Below are positions 49,560 through 61,472 of a stretch of DNA of 64,000 nucleotides, one piece after another; the stretch's first letter is position 1, and each line of letters opens with the position of its first letter. The stretch spans positions 226-64,225 of the forward strand of contig JAHFTC010000007.1 of the NCBI GenBank assembly GCA_023269585.1, read 5' to 3'. The stretch comes from Opitutaceae bacterium (GTDB lineage Bacteria; Verrucomicrobiota; Verrucomicrobiia; Opitutales; Opitutaceae). The notes beneath the pieces are model-generated. The model searched no databases and had not been told where the DNA came from. It worked only from the letters and a program-made list of their open reading frames with translations. A program made the position numbers and the translations under genes.

Positions 49560-50200
49560 GTAGCGGGGGCACGACCGCCGGCAAGTTGGGTGTTTCCGGT
49601 GGGGGCGGACGACGGAGGACGGAGGGCGCCCTTCGACGGGCTCAGGGTGCCGCTGCGCGGCAGAGGACGGATGACGGAGGGCGGAGGACGGAAGGGAACG
49701 AAGGAAAAGGAAGGCGGACGGGGGAGGATAAGCGGCGGAGTCGGATCTGGTCACAGAGGACACAGAGAGGGAGGAGGACACGGAGGAGGGATGAGGGAAG
49801 ACTGGGAAGAGCTGCGAAGTCCTGTTGGGTTCTGCCGGAAGTACTCCGGCGGCGGTACGCTCTACCCGCTACTCGATGCTCGCTACTGGCTTGGCCACAT
49901 CGAGCGCTGGACCGGCGAGGGCGGGGAAGGAGTTGGGAGCTAGAATCAAGGAGATAGAAGTCGGGCGGCCAGAGCTGGGCGCCTAGTGCTTGGGTCCGAT
50001 GGCTCGAATCCGTCTCCTTGCTTCTAGATTCCAGCTCCTATCCAGGCTTGTCCGCCTTGCAGCTCGGCCTACTCGCTACCCGCTACTCGATTCTCGCTCC
50101 TCGTCCTGTTGGCCCGGTGATGGAGGCGTTCGTGGTCGAGTAGGGGCGGAGGATCGAACAGCGGTCTTGGTAAGAGGTGCAACATGCCCCCTCGGTCCGC
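49560..50200. repeat. mosaic-repeat intergenic region
   Basis: Contains modules shared with 56.6-59.6 kb: gcccttcgacgggctcagggtgccgctgcgcggcagaggacgg, ggaagggaacgaagg and ggtcacagaggacac. Also holds two copies of ctacccgctactcgat (about 49870 and 50075). Confidence 0.8.
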
Positions 50201-50201
50201 C

Positions 50202-50681
50202 TCAAGGCTCGGTCTCGTTTTCCGAATCGTAGTAGCCGCAACACATCGGCTTGAGGAAGCCGGTCAGCGGTTTGCGGTCGCCGACTTTCAAGGTGAAGAA
50301 GCCGAACTGGCGCCAGCGGACGACCGAGAGATCGAGATTAGCGAAAATGTCTGCTGCGGCTCCGAAGCGGGCATGCGTGGTGCCGTAGATGACGAGGTTG
50401 TGGATCTTCTGCTCCTTGAGCATCGCATTGATCACATCCTTTGCGATCACGGGATCGAGGCGCTCCTGCCCGAGATAGACGCCGTCGAAATCGACCACCA
50501 CATAGAGAACCCGGCCGTGGGGCATGCGGACGACTTCGAAGGAGTTGTTGGATTCGCTGGCGACTGCGGCAGGTGGCTTGGCTCGGGATCGGGGCAGAAC
50601 AAAGAGCACGACGAGCGCACCGAGCACTAGCAGCGCGACTACCGCCGCGAGTTTGTCGGATGAAGGGGGGCGTTGCTCCAT
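50202..50681 (-). CDS. single-pass membrane-anchored protein (weak ExbD/TolR-like resemblance)
   Basis: N-terminal TM segment (LAAVVALLVLGALVVLFVL) plus a periplasmic domain of about 110 aa. Lower GC than the surroundings. Confidence 0.45.
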   Translation of the reverse strand: MEQRPPSSDKLAAVVALLVLGALVVLFVLPRSRAKPPAAVASESNNSFEVVRMPHGRVLYVVVDFDGVYLGQERLDPVIAKDVINAMLKEQKIHNLVIYGTTHARFGAAADIFANLDLSVVRWRQFGFFTLKVGDRKPLTGFLKPMCCGYYDSENETEP

Positions 50682-50702
50682 GAGGTGCTGCTCGCGGACG
50701 GA

Positions 50703-51131
50703 TCAGGAATTGCCGCCCTGGCTCACGGGCAGGACTTGGATCGATTTCGCCCGTACGGTGCGATCTTCGCCGGCGGCGAAGCAGACATTGACCGCTCCCA
50801 CGCGCACTTCGACCTCCATGCTGCACGGGCCTTGCCGGCATTTCTCCCGTACGAGGTTGATCATGGGCCAGGCGAAGCGGTCGAACTTGCCGAGCAGAGG
50901 CTCCACTTCTTCGGGCGTCATGCCGATCTTGAGCTTGGCGGCGATGGCTAATCCCGCTTCATGCGCCTGCGGTGTGATCTTCGGCTCGGCCGGTGGAACC
51001 ACATTGGGCGGATCGATCACGACATCGATGCGTCGGTCGGTCTTTTCAGGAGGGGACGGCTTGGCGGCGGCGATAGGGCCCCATGCGCAGGCGAGCAGGA
51101 GGAGGAGAAGGATCGTGCGGGGTGAGGGCAT
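50703..51131 (-). CDS. small secreted protein / lipoprotein
   Basis: MPSPRTILLLLLLACAWGPIAAA is a signal or lipobox-like sequence. 142 aa. Confidence 0.5.
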   Translation of the reverse strand: MPSPRTILLLLLLACAWGPIAAAKPSPPEKTDRRIDVVIDPPNVVPPAEPKITPQAHEAGLAIAAKLKIGMTPEEVEPLLGKFDRFAWPMINLVREKCRQGPCSMEVEVRVGAVNVCFAAGEDRTVRAKSIQVLPVSQGGNS

Positions 51132-51168
51132 AGACGGCAGAGCAGAGGACGGGGTGCCTGTCCGGGTT

Positions 51169-52257
51169 CTATCCTACGACGGGTTTGCGCGGCTTCACCA
51201 GCACTGGAGGCAGGCCACCGGAAAAGCGTGAGATCAAGGCGCGGCTGCCCGAACTCTCCGCCAACGCCCGTTCCGCCGCAGTGATAGGCACGCACCAGAG
51301 TAGTGGAACCCGATCGATCCCAAACTGCGGCATGACGACCTCAGGTGTTTCTTGCGCCTGCTTGGCAAGGAGTACCGCGGAGAATGGCTGCAAGCCGTCC
51401 TCGTTCCCGAAGACATCACAGCCCACAGTATGCCCGTCCCCGAGGAAGGTGATCTGCTGCCAGGGCAGGGAGGCCAAACTGCTCATGTACGAAGCGAATG
51501 CCTTTACCGCGGCCATGCTCACGCTGCGGTCGAAGCACGCACCCAATTCGATCCGGCGCACCTCCTCCGGTGTTTTGGTGTACATCTCCACCACCGGTTG
51601 CGGTCTGATCGACAGGCCGATCGTGAGGAGATACACCCGATCTCGTACTTCGTAGAGCGCCAACCCGCGCGGGGGCCATGCTCCTCCGTCGATCGCGAAG
51701 TACCGAGAATGGCGCCCGAGGACTCGCTCGTATTCAACCATCAGTCTCTCCTGAACACGCGGCCATAGTTCCTCTGTGGCATCCCATTCCGCCCAATAGC
51801 GCCGCGCCTCGGCGATGCGGCGATGCATCGCGTTCTCGGCGCCGAGTTCCCAACACAAGGGACCTTCACCACGACAATCCCGTGCATAGCCATGGAAGCC
51901 TCCCTTTTCGCTCCAGCCGGGAATAGCCGCCAGCAACTCGTCTTGCTCGAACAACGCCACGCCATCCCCTTCCGGGAACCAAACGATCTGGAGGTCTTGA
52001 GCGTTGAGCGCCTGCTGGCCGTTCGGATGGGCGCAGAAACGCGCGGGCAATAATGGCGGCTGGCCGTCGCGCATCGCCATCACATCCAAGTTTTCAGGCG
52101 CGGCGGTCAAGTTTCGCACCCAGCACGATTTCAGGCCGAAACCATCGTTGTTCGGCGCACGCAGGTACATGTGCACAACGCGGGCGTCCTGATCGACGGA
52201 CACCTCCAGGTTACCATCCGGGGAGACTTCTTGCAGGAGTGTTTGGGTTTCATCCAT
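51169..52257 (-). CDS. SUFU-like domain protein (immunity-protein-type) with an unknown N-terminal domain
   Basis: The C-terminal half (YLLTIGLS, RIELGACF, LASLPW, VPLLWCVPITAAERALAESSG) follows the bacterial Suppressor-of-fused-like domain pattern. Confidence 0.5.
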   Translation of the reverse strand: MDETQTLLQEVSPDGNLEVSVDQDARVVHMYLRAPNNDGFGLKSCWVRNLTAAPENLDVMAMRDGQPPLLPARFCAHPNGQQALNAQDLQIVWFPEGDGVALFEQDELLAAIPGWSEKGGFHGYARDCRGEGPLCWELGAENAMHRRIAEARRYWAEWDATEELWPRVQERLMVEYERVLGRHSRYFAIDGGAWPPRGLALYEVRDRVYLLTIGLSIRPQPVVEMYTKTPEEVRRIELGACFDRSVSMAAVKAFASYMSSLASLPWQQITFLGDGHTVGCDVFGNEDGLQPFSAVLLAKQAQETPEVVMPQFGIDRVPLLWCVPITAAERALAESSGSRALISRFSGGLPPVLVKPRKPVVG

Positions 52258-52439
52258 GCGGTGGTGATGGTTGAGCAGACTGCTCGCCCAGACACGCCTG
52301 AAAATGAATCCTGTTCCTGGTTCTAGCTCTTCACAGAGGCGGGGCTGGGCGAGCGGATTGAGGTGGACCCCGAACGTGAGACAGCGGGGACGGGTTGGTT
52401 AGTTGTGGATCGAACGGGGAAAGTAAATACTTAGGGATG

Positions 52440-54012
52440 GGGTCCGAGGGGAAGGTCCGCCTTCCCCTCCCCGGATTCAGCAGAGGGGTGGCAGGGGAGG
52501 CGGCAGCCTCCCCGCCCTTCAGGCCGCCTTGCGTTAGAGGAGGTCATCCGTCGGGCCGGGCTTCGTTCTCTTCGTTGCCTTCTGTCGTCTGGACCGGAAG
52601 TGGTGCGAGCAAGCTCGCACCCTACAGGGCTGAACCAGCTACGGATCACGGAACGGTCCGCCGGCGAGCGGCGACCCTACCGTTCTCCCGCTCGGTAGAA
52701 TCTGCGACAAGGCGTGGGGCTCGTGGCCGGTCTTTGTGATCTTTGCGTTCTTTGCGGTAGAATTGTTCGGAACCGTTTTCCGCTCTCTGGGAACGCCTCC
52801 GCCTCTGTGGGCTCTGTGACCAGTCCGGACGGACGGCTCGGAGAGCCATCCCTACCTCGGACGGACGGCGGCGGACCTTCGACAAGCTCAGGTCAGGCGC
52901 GCCAACCCTACCTCGGAACGCGGTCTGAAGAGTCGCGCTACGACGGAATCGCCTGCCCTTCGACAGACTCAGGGCCTTGGACGGCAAGCAGGCTCCTGCC
53001 TCGGCCGTTCCGAACTCTGTGCTCTCTGTGTTCTCTGTGGTGAAAACTTTCCGCCGGGTCGGGCTTCGTTCTCTTCGTTGCCTTCTGTCGACGGGATCTA
53101 GATTGGGACTGTCCATTGGGATCGGGTCTGCCGGGTCGCCCTGAAGAGACGACCTACGGGTGTGCGCCTGCCGGGGTTGGTGAGCGGAATCGCCTGCCCT
53201 TCGACAGGCTCAGGGCCTTGGACGGCAAGCAGGCTCCTGCCTCGGCCGTTCCGAACTCTGTGCTCTCTGTGTTCTCTGTGGTGAAAATCTTCCGTCGGCT
53301 TGGGCTTCGTTCTCTTCGTTGCCTTCTGTCGTCGGGATTGGGATTGCGGCTTTCCGTTGAGATCGGGTCTGCCGGGTCGCCCTGAAGGGACGACCTACGG
53401 GTGGACGGCTTACCGGGGGCGGTTCGCCCTACCACGGAATTGCCCCTGGTTGGGCTGTCCGGTCTTTGTGATCTTTGCGTTCTTTGCGGTGAAATGGGTC
53501 GGATCCGTTTTCCGGTCTCTGTGAACTCCTCCGCCTCTGTGCGCTCTGTGACCGGTCCGGACGGACGGCGGCGGACCTTCGACAAGCTCAGGTCAGGCGC
53601 GCCATCCCTACCTCGGAACGCGGTCTGAAGAGCCGCGCTACGACGGAATCGCCTGCCTTTCGACAGGCTCAGGGCCTTGGGCGGCAAGCAGGCTCCTGCC
53701 TCGGCCGTTCCGAACTCTGTGCTCTCTGTGTTCTCTGTGGTGAAAACTCTCCGCCGGGTCGGGCTTCGTTCTCTTTGTTGCCTTCTGTCGTCGGGATTGG
53801 GATGGCGGCTTTCCGCTGGGATCGGGTCTGCCGGGTCGCCCTGAAGGGACGACCTACGGGTGTGCGCCTGCCGGGGTTGGTGACCGGAATCGCCTGCCCT
53901 TCGACAGGCTCAGGGCCTTGGACGGCAAGCAGGCTCCTACAGTCGGAACAGACGGACGGCGGCGGAGCGCCGTCCCTACCTCGGGCGGACGGACGGCGGC
54001 GGAGCGCCGTCC
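52440..54012. repeat. 1.5-kb higher-order tandem repeat / mosaic-repeat block
   Basis: A units of 241 bp start at 52944, 53185, 53644 and 53885. B units start at 52729 and 53461. The block ends in two 37-bp-spaced REP copies (53954-54017). Confidence 0.9.
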
Positions 54013-56607
<2,595 letters not shown>

Positions 56608-56639
56608 GGCGGGAAAGGGGACGGAAAGGAGCGAGGAGT

Positions 56640-57018
56640 GAGTAGCGAGGAGGACGGATTCCGGAACTCGGAAGAGCGTATGTGGAAATCAGGAAATCAG
56701 GAACGGAGGATGGATTTGGACACAGAGGGCACGGAGGCGGAGGAGGACACGGAGGACGGACTACGGCGGACCTAATGCAGAAGGGAGAATGCAGAGCAGA
56801 CGACGGACGACAGAAGGGAACGAAGAGAAGGAAGGTCGGACTTCGGAAGCCGGAAGGGAGAATGTGGGAATCAGGAACGGAGGACGGATGGCGGGCGTAA
56901 AGCCCGCCCCACCATCGGATGCGGAGGAGCTGAACGGGATTGAGTGCTCTGTGATCTCCTCTGCTCTCTGTGAGCTCTGTGACGGAATCGGAATCGCAGG
57001 CACAGAGGCCGGCGCCAC
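56640..57018. repeat. mosaic-repeat intergenic region (clpB upstream / dnaJ downstream)
   Basis: Its modules also occur at 58074-58330 and 59150-59380. Confidence 0.85.
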
Positions 57019-57978
57019 TTATTCGCGTGGGTTGAACTGGCTGGTTTCGGAGAGTTTTTCCCAGAGGGCGCGCTCGGTGGCGGGCGGGTTCTCGGGGACT
57101 TGCACACGGATGATCACGTGCAGATCGCCGCGGTGGCCGGCTTCGTGATGAAGGCCCAGGCCGTTGAGGCGGAGCTGCTGGCCGCCTTGCGTGCCGGGCT
57201 TGATCTTGAGGTTCACTTTTCCGTCGAGCGTCTGCAGCGGGATGGTGGCGCCGAGCACGGCCTCCCACGGGGCGAGCTCGAGATCGTAGAAGAGATCGTC
57301 GCTCTCGCGGCGGAACTCCGGGTGCTGGAGGAAACGGACGTTGAGGTAGAAGTCGCCGCCGTTGCCCTGGCCGGCGAGGCGGATCTTCTGGCCCTCGCGG
57401 ATGCCGGCGGGGATCTTGATGTTGTAGGTGTGCGGCGCGGACTCGCCGGTCTGTGGATTCGTACGCCGGTAGGTGATCTGGCGGTGCGAGCCCTTCACGG
57501 CCTCCTCGAGGGAGATGCGGAGATCGGCCTCGACATCGCCGGAGGGGCGCTTGGCCTTGCCGCGCGGGCCGGCGCCACGGGCGCCGCCGCCCGCGCCGCG
57601 GCCGAAGAACTGCTCGAAGAAATCGCTGAAACCGGTGCCACCGAAGGCGTCCTCAAAATCCTCGGGCGAACCTTGGCGGTAGCCGCCGCCGAACGGATTG
57701 CCGCCGCCGTGCCCCATGCCGCCGCGGCCGAACTGTGGCTGGTCCCAGTTGGCGCCGAGCTCGTCGTAGCGTTTGCGTTTCTCGGGATCGCCGAGGACCT
57801 CGTAGGCCTCGTTGATCTCCTTGAACTTCGCCTCCATGTTCGCCTTACGCGTGGCGGTCGGTGCGCGGTCGGGATGGTATTCGCGCGCGAGCTTGCGGAA
57901 CGCCTTCTTGATCTCCTCGGGCGTGGCCGTGCGCGCGACGCCAAGGGTCTGGTAGTAGTCTTTGAAGGCGGAGGGCAT
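57019..57978 (-). CDS. cbpA: J-domain co-chaperone, CbpA-type DnaJ (no zinc-finger domain)
   Basis: J domain with the HPD motif (REYHPDRA), a G/F-rich linker and C-terminal substrate-binding domains. No CxxCxGxG repeats. Confidence 0.88.
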   Translation of the reverse strand: MPSAFKDYYQTLGVARTATPEEIKKAFRKLAREYHPDRAPTATRKANMEAKFKEINEAYEVLGDPEKRKRYDELGANWDQPQFGRGGMGHGGGNPFGGGYRQGSPEDFEDAFGGTGFSDFFEQFFGRGAGGGARGAGPRGKAKRPSGDVEADLRISLEEAVKGSHRQITYRRTNPQTGESAPHTYNIKIPAGIREGQKIRLAGQGNGGDFYLNVRFLQHPEFRRESDDLFYDLELAPWEAVLGATIPLQTLDGKVNLKIKPGTQGGQQLRLNGLGLHHEAGHRGDLHVIIRVQVPENPPATERALWEKLSETSQFNPRE

Positions 57979-58466
57979 TTCGGTGGACGGTTGTCGGTGG
58001 ACAGTGGCCGGTGGACGGAGGGCGGAAGGGAATTGCGGATTGCGGAATGCGGATTGCGGAATGGGCGGAGGGAGGATTCCGGAAAGGGGAATGTGGAAGT
58101 CAGGGAATCAGGATACGGAAACCGAATTGGGACACAGAGAGCACGGAGGGGGAGGAGAGCACGGAGGACGGGAGACAGAAGGGAACGCAGACCGGGATTT
58201 TTTACCGCAAAGAACGCAGAGAGCGCAGAGATCGATCCTTTGTGTTCTATGCGTTCTTTGCGGTTAAGATTGTCTGCCGGATTTGGAGGCGATGCTAAGT
58301 GCTCTGTGATCTCCTCTGCTCTCTGTGGCCTCTGTGACGGGATCGGCCTCGGAGCGGTCCGGACACGAGGTCCGACCCTACCGCAGGCGGGGTGCAGGAG
58401 CGCTGGGAAAGAACGGGGACTGTAGCCGGGGGCGGTGACCCCGGAGGCCGGCCTCAACGCGGCCGG
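57979..58466. repeat. mosaic-repeat intergenic region beginning with a heptad array
   Basis: CGG-N4 heptads run 57981-58063, followed by shared modules. A large imperfect palindrome (accgcaaagaacgca ... tgcgttctttgcggt) spans 58205-58270. Confidence 0.85.
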
Positions 58467-59042
58467 CTACAACTGGTTTACCACGACCTGGGCGTAGCGG
58501 AGGACTTGGTCGCCCTTGATGTAGCCTTCGCGGTAGACCTGCACGACGGTGTGGTCGGGCTTGCCCTCGATCTTCTGCATCGAGACGGCCTCGTGGCGGT
58601 GCGGATCGAAGGTCTGGTCGAGGCTCGGGATCTTCTCGATGCCGTGCTCGCGGAGGAGCTGGTAGAACTTGTCGAGCGTCATGCGCACGCCGGTGGTGAG
58701 GTGGTCGACGGTCTCCTTGTCGGCGGGCGTGAGCAGCGCCATCTCGAGGTTGTCGGCGATGGAGAGCGCCTGCTGGATGAAGTCGACTTTCTTGGACTCG
58801 GCGGTGCGCTGCGCATCGCCGGTGATGCGGCGGCGGGTGTTCTCGAACTCCGCGGCCTTGCGGAGGAATTTCTCGCGCTCTTCGTTCAACGCGGCCTCGG
58901 CCTGCTGCTCGCGGGCCTCGAGCTCGACGATGCGCTGTTGCTCGGGCGAGAGCGGCGCGGCGGGCGGCGGGTTGCCAGCGGAGTCGGGCGCCGGAGACGA
59001 TGTGGAGTCGGGAGCGGGAGGAGTGGCGGAGGCTTCGGACAT
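58467..59042 (-). CDS. grpE: nucleotide exchange factor GrpE
   Basis: GrpE-like coiled-coil plus C-terminal domain (FDPHRHEAV, GYIKGDQVLRYAQVVV). Confidence 0.9.
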   Translation of the reverse strand: MSEASATPPAPDSTSSPAPDSAGNPPPAAPLSPEQQRIVELEAREQQAEAALNEEREKFLRKAAEFENTRRRITGDAQRTAESKKVDFIQQALSIADNLEMALLTPADKETVDHLTTGVRMTLDKFYQLLREHGIEKIPSLDQTFDPHRHEAVSMQKIEGKPDHTVVQVYREGYIKGDQVLRYAQVVVNQL

Positions 59043-59615
59043 GGGAGGGAAGAGGCTAGAGGCGAAAGGGGAGAGGAACGGGGAGTTCGCCCTTCGACGG
59101 GTTCGACGGGCTCACCGCGGGCGGGCTCAGGGTGCCGCTGCGCGGCAGAGGACGGAGAATCTGGAACTCAGGGAATCAGGAAACGGAAGACGGACGACAG
59201 AAGGGAACGAAGGGAAGGAAGAACGGAAGACGGATTAGGTCACAGAGGACACGGAGTTCGGCACTCTTCCGAATCTCTGTGTGCTCTGTGGTTCAATCAT
59301 CCGAGAAGGAGAACGTGGAAATCTGGAATGGAGGGAGAAAAGAACGGATGGCGCGCGTAAAGCCCGCCCCACCATCGGAAAGGCGGCGGCCGGAAGGTTA
59401 ACCGCAAAGAACACAAAGAGCGCATGGATCGGATCGATCCTTTGAGTTCTCTGCGATCTTTGCGGTTAACATGGTTTGATGGATTCTGTGTAGAACTGAG
59501 GGATTAACGAACGGATGGCGGCGTTAAGCCCGACCCACCAGCGGAAGGGCGGAACGAAACGCTTACGCGTTCCGCTACGGCGGCGGCGAAACGCTCACGC
59601 GTTCCGCTACGGGAG
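59043..59615. repeat. mosaic-repeat intergenic region (grpE upstream / htpG downstream)
   Basis: Shared modules. A palindrome aaccgcaaagaacacaaag ... ctttgagttctctgcgatctttgcggtt (59401-59469). Two tandem copies of gaaacgct[t/c]acgcgttccgctacgg (59556-59612). Confidence 0.85.
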
Positions 59616-61472
59616 TCACTTGGCGGCCATTTCGAGGATCTTGTTGAGGCGGGAGACGAAGTTGCGGGGCTCCTCGACGATGCCGGCGGCGAGCAACGCG
59701 TTCTCGTAGAGCTGCTCGGCGATGAGCGCGGCGCGGTCGGCGTCGGTCGTGCTGAGTTTGTGGAGGCTCTTGATGAGCGGGTGGCGCGGGTTGATCTCGA
59801 GGTCCATCTTCTGCGGGGCCTCGGCCTCCTCCTGCTTCATGGCGCGCATGATGCGGCGCATGGCGGGCGAAAGCATCTTGTCGGAGTTGAGCGCGACGAC
59901 CGGGCTGTCGACGAGGCGCTTGCCGGCCTCGACCTTGCCGACCTTGGCGTCGCCGAGCTGGGTCTTGAGCCAGGCGCTGAGGGCGTTCACGTCGGCCTCG
60001 GGGAGGGCTTCGCCGGTGGTGGCAGGCGCGTCGCCGAGGTCGAGATCGGCGCTGTCGGCGGAAACGAGGCGCTTCTCCTCAAAGGTGCCGAGGTGGCTCA
60101 TCACGAACTCGTCGATCGGCTCGTAGACGAAGAGGACCTCGTAGTTGCGGGACTTGAACGCCTCGAGGTACGGGCCGGACTCGAGGGCGGCGCGGTTGAG
60201 GGCGTGGAGGAAATAGATCTCCTTCTGCGCCTCGGGCATGCGTTTCACGTATTCGGCGAGCGTGGTCGTCTTGCCCTTCTCGGTGAGCGAGGACTCGTAG
60301 CGCAGGAGCTTCGCGAGCTGCTCGCGGTGCGTGTAGTCGGAGGTGACGCCCTCCTTCAGGAAGATGCCGAACTGCTTGTAGAAGTCGGCGTAGGCCTCGG
60401 CGTTCTTCTCGGATTCCTCCTCGAGGGACTTGAGGTAGCGCTTGGTGAGGACGCGGTTGAGTTTTTGGATGAGCGCGGAGTCCTGCATGGACTCGCGGGA
60501 AATGTTCAGCGGGAGGTCGGCGGAGTCGACGACACCCTTGAGGAAGCGCAGCCACTCGGGGAGCAGGCCCTCGGGCTTTGCGTCGATGAGGACGTTTTTG
60601 CAGTAGAGCGAGACGCCGGCCTCCATGCGGCCGAAGCCGAAGCGTTCCTGGTTCTCCTTCGGCGTGAAGAGGAGGGAGTTGATGGTGAGCGGGGCGTCGG
60701 CGTTGAAGTGGAGGCGGAAGCGCGGCTCGTCGAAGGCCTTGGCCTGGAACTTGTAGAATTCGGTGTATTCCTCGTCCTTGATCGCCGACTTCGCGCGCAG
60801 CCAGAGCGCTTCGACCTTGTTGATCTTCTCGCCGTTGAGGTTGACCGGGAAGGTGACGAACGAGGAGTAGTGCTCGAGGATGCGTTTCACCTCGGAGGCG
60901 GTGGCGAACTGCTTCTGGTCGTCCTTGAGGGTGATGACGATCTTGCAGCCGCGCTTCTGGTCTTCGGTGGCGTTCTCGATCTCGTAGGCGCCGGTGCCGT
61001 CGCTGGTCCAGACGAGGTGTTCGTCGGTCGGGCGCCAGGAGTGGGTGTAGACCTTGACCTCCTTGGCGGGCATGAAGGCGCTGTAGAAGCCGACGCCGAA
61101 CTGGCCAATGAGGCTGGCGTTGGTGTTGTCGCCCTTTTCCTTGAGGGAGTTCAGGAAGGCCTTGGTGCCGGAGTGGGCGATGGTGCCGAGGTTCTCGACG
61201 AGCTCGGTGCGGCTCATGCCGATGCCGTGGTCCTGGAAGGTGATTGTGCCGGCCTTGTCGTCGGTGGTGATGTTGACCTCGAGCGGGAGGTCGGCGTCGA
61301 AGATGTCCTGCTCGACGAGTTTCAGGTGGCGGAGCTTCTCGAGGGCGTCGCTTGCGTTGGAGACCAGCTCGCGGATGAAGATCTCGCGGTCGGTGTAGAG
61401 CGAGTGGATGACGAGATCGAGGAGCTGCTTAACTTCGGCCTGGAAGACGTGTTTTTCGGCGGGAGCGGACAT
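59616..61472 (-). CDS. htpG: molecular chaperone HtpG (Hsp90)
   Basis: FQAEVKQLLDLVIHSLYTDREIFIRELVSNASDALEKLR and a full-length Hsp90-like sequence. Start at ATG 61472. Confidence 0.93.
   Translation of the reverse strand: MSAPAEKHVFQAEVKQLLDLVIHSLYTDREIFIRELVSNASDALEKLRHLKLVEQDIFDADLPLEVNITTDDKAGTITFQDHGIGMSRTELVENLGTIAHSGTKAFLNSLKEKGDNTNASLIGQFGVGFYSAFMPAKEVKVYTHSWRPTDEHLVWTSDGTGAYEIENATEDQKRGCKIVITLKDDQKQFATASEVKRILEHYSSFVTFPVNLNGEKINKVEALWLRAKSAIKDEEYTEFYKFQAKAFDEPRFRLHFNADAPLTINSLLFTPKENQERFGFGRMEAGVSLYCKNVLIDAKPEGLLPEWLRFLKGVVDSADLPLNISRESMQDSALIQKLNRVLTKRYLKSLEEESEKNAEAYADFYKQFGIFLKEGVTSDYTHREQLAKLLRYESSLTEKGKTTTLAEYVKRMPEAQKEIYFLHALNRAALESGPYLEAFKSRNYEVLFVYEPIDEFVMSHLGTFEEKRLVSADSADLDLGDAPATTGEALPEADVNALSAWLKTQLGDAKVGKVEAGKRLVDSPVVALNSDKMLSPAMRRIMRAMKQEEAEAPQKMDLEINPRHPLIKSLHKLSTTDADRAALIAEQLYENALLAAGIVEEPRNFVSRLNKILEMAAK

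Noticed and set aside
49965-50040. tRNA-like segment: T-arm-like gatgg-ctcgaat-ccgtc, with a 74-76-nt span closed by an acceptor-like stem.
   Set aside because: Manual folding gives no D-arm and no 7-nt anticodon loop. The central part forms a GGCG/CGCC hairpin with a 4-nt loop instead. There is no CCA or discriminator context. It is better explained as part of the repeat mosaic.
52646-53687. ORF-track entries 52646..53116, 53154..53687 and neighbours, which share long identical peptide stretches (FTTENTESTEFGTAEAGACLPSKALSLSKGRRF).
   Set aside because: They are translations of the tandem A/B repeat units on the minus strand. The identity comes from DNA repetition. There are no plausible starts or coding periodicity, and several frames are open at once.
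52700-54012. Possible CRISPR array, because of the regularly spaced repeats.
   Set aside because: The repeat units are 183-241 bp long and directly adjacent. No short conserved repeat alternates with unique spacers, and no cas genes are in the window.
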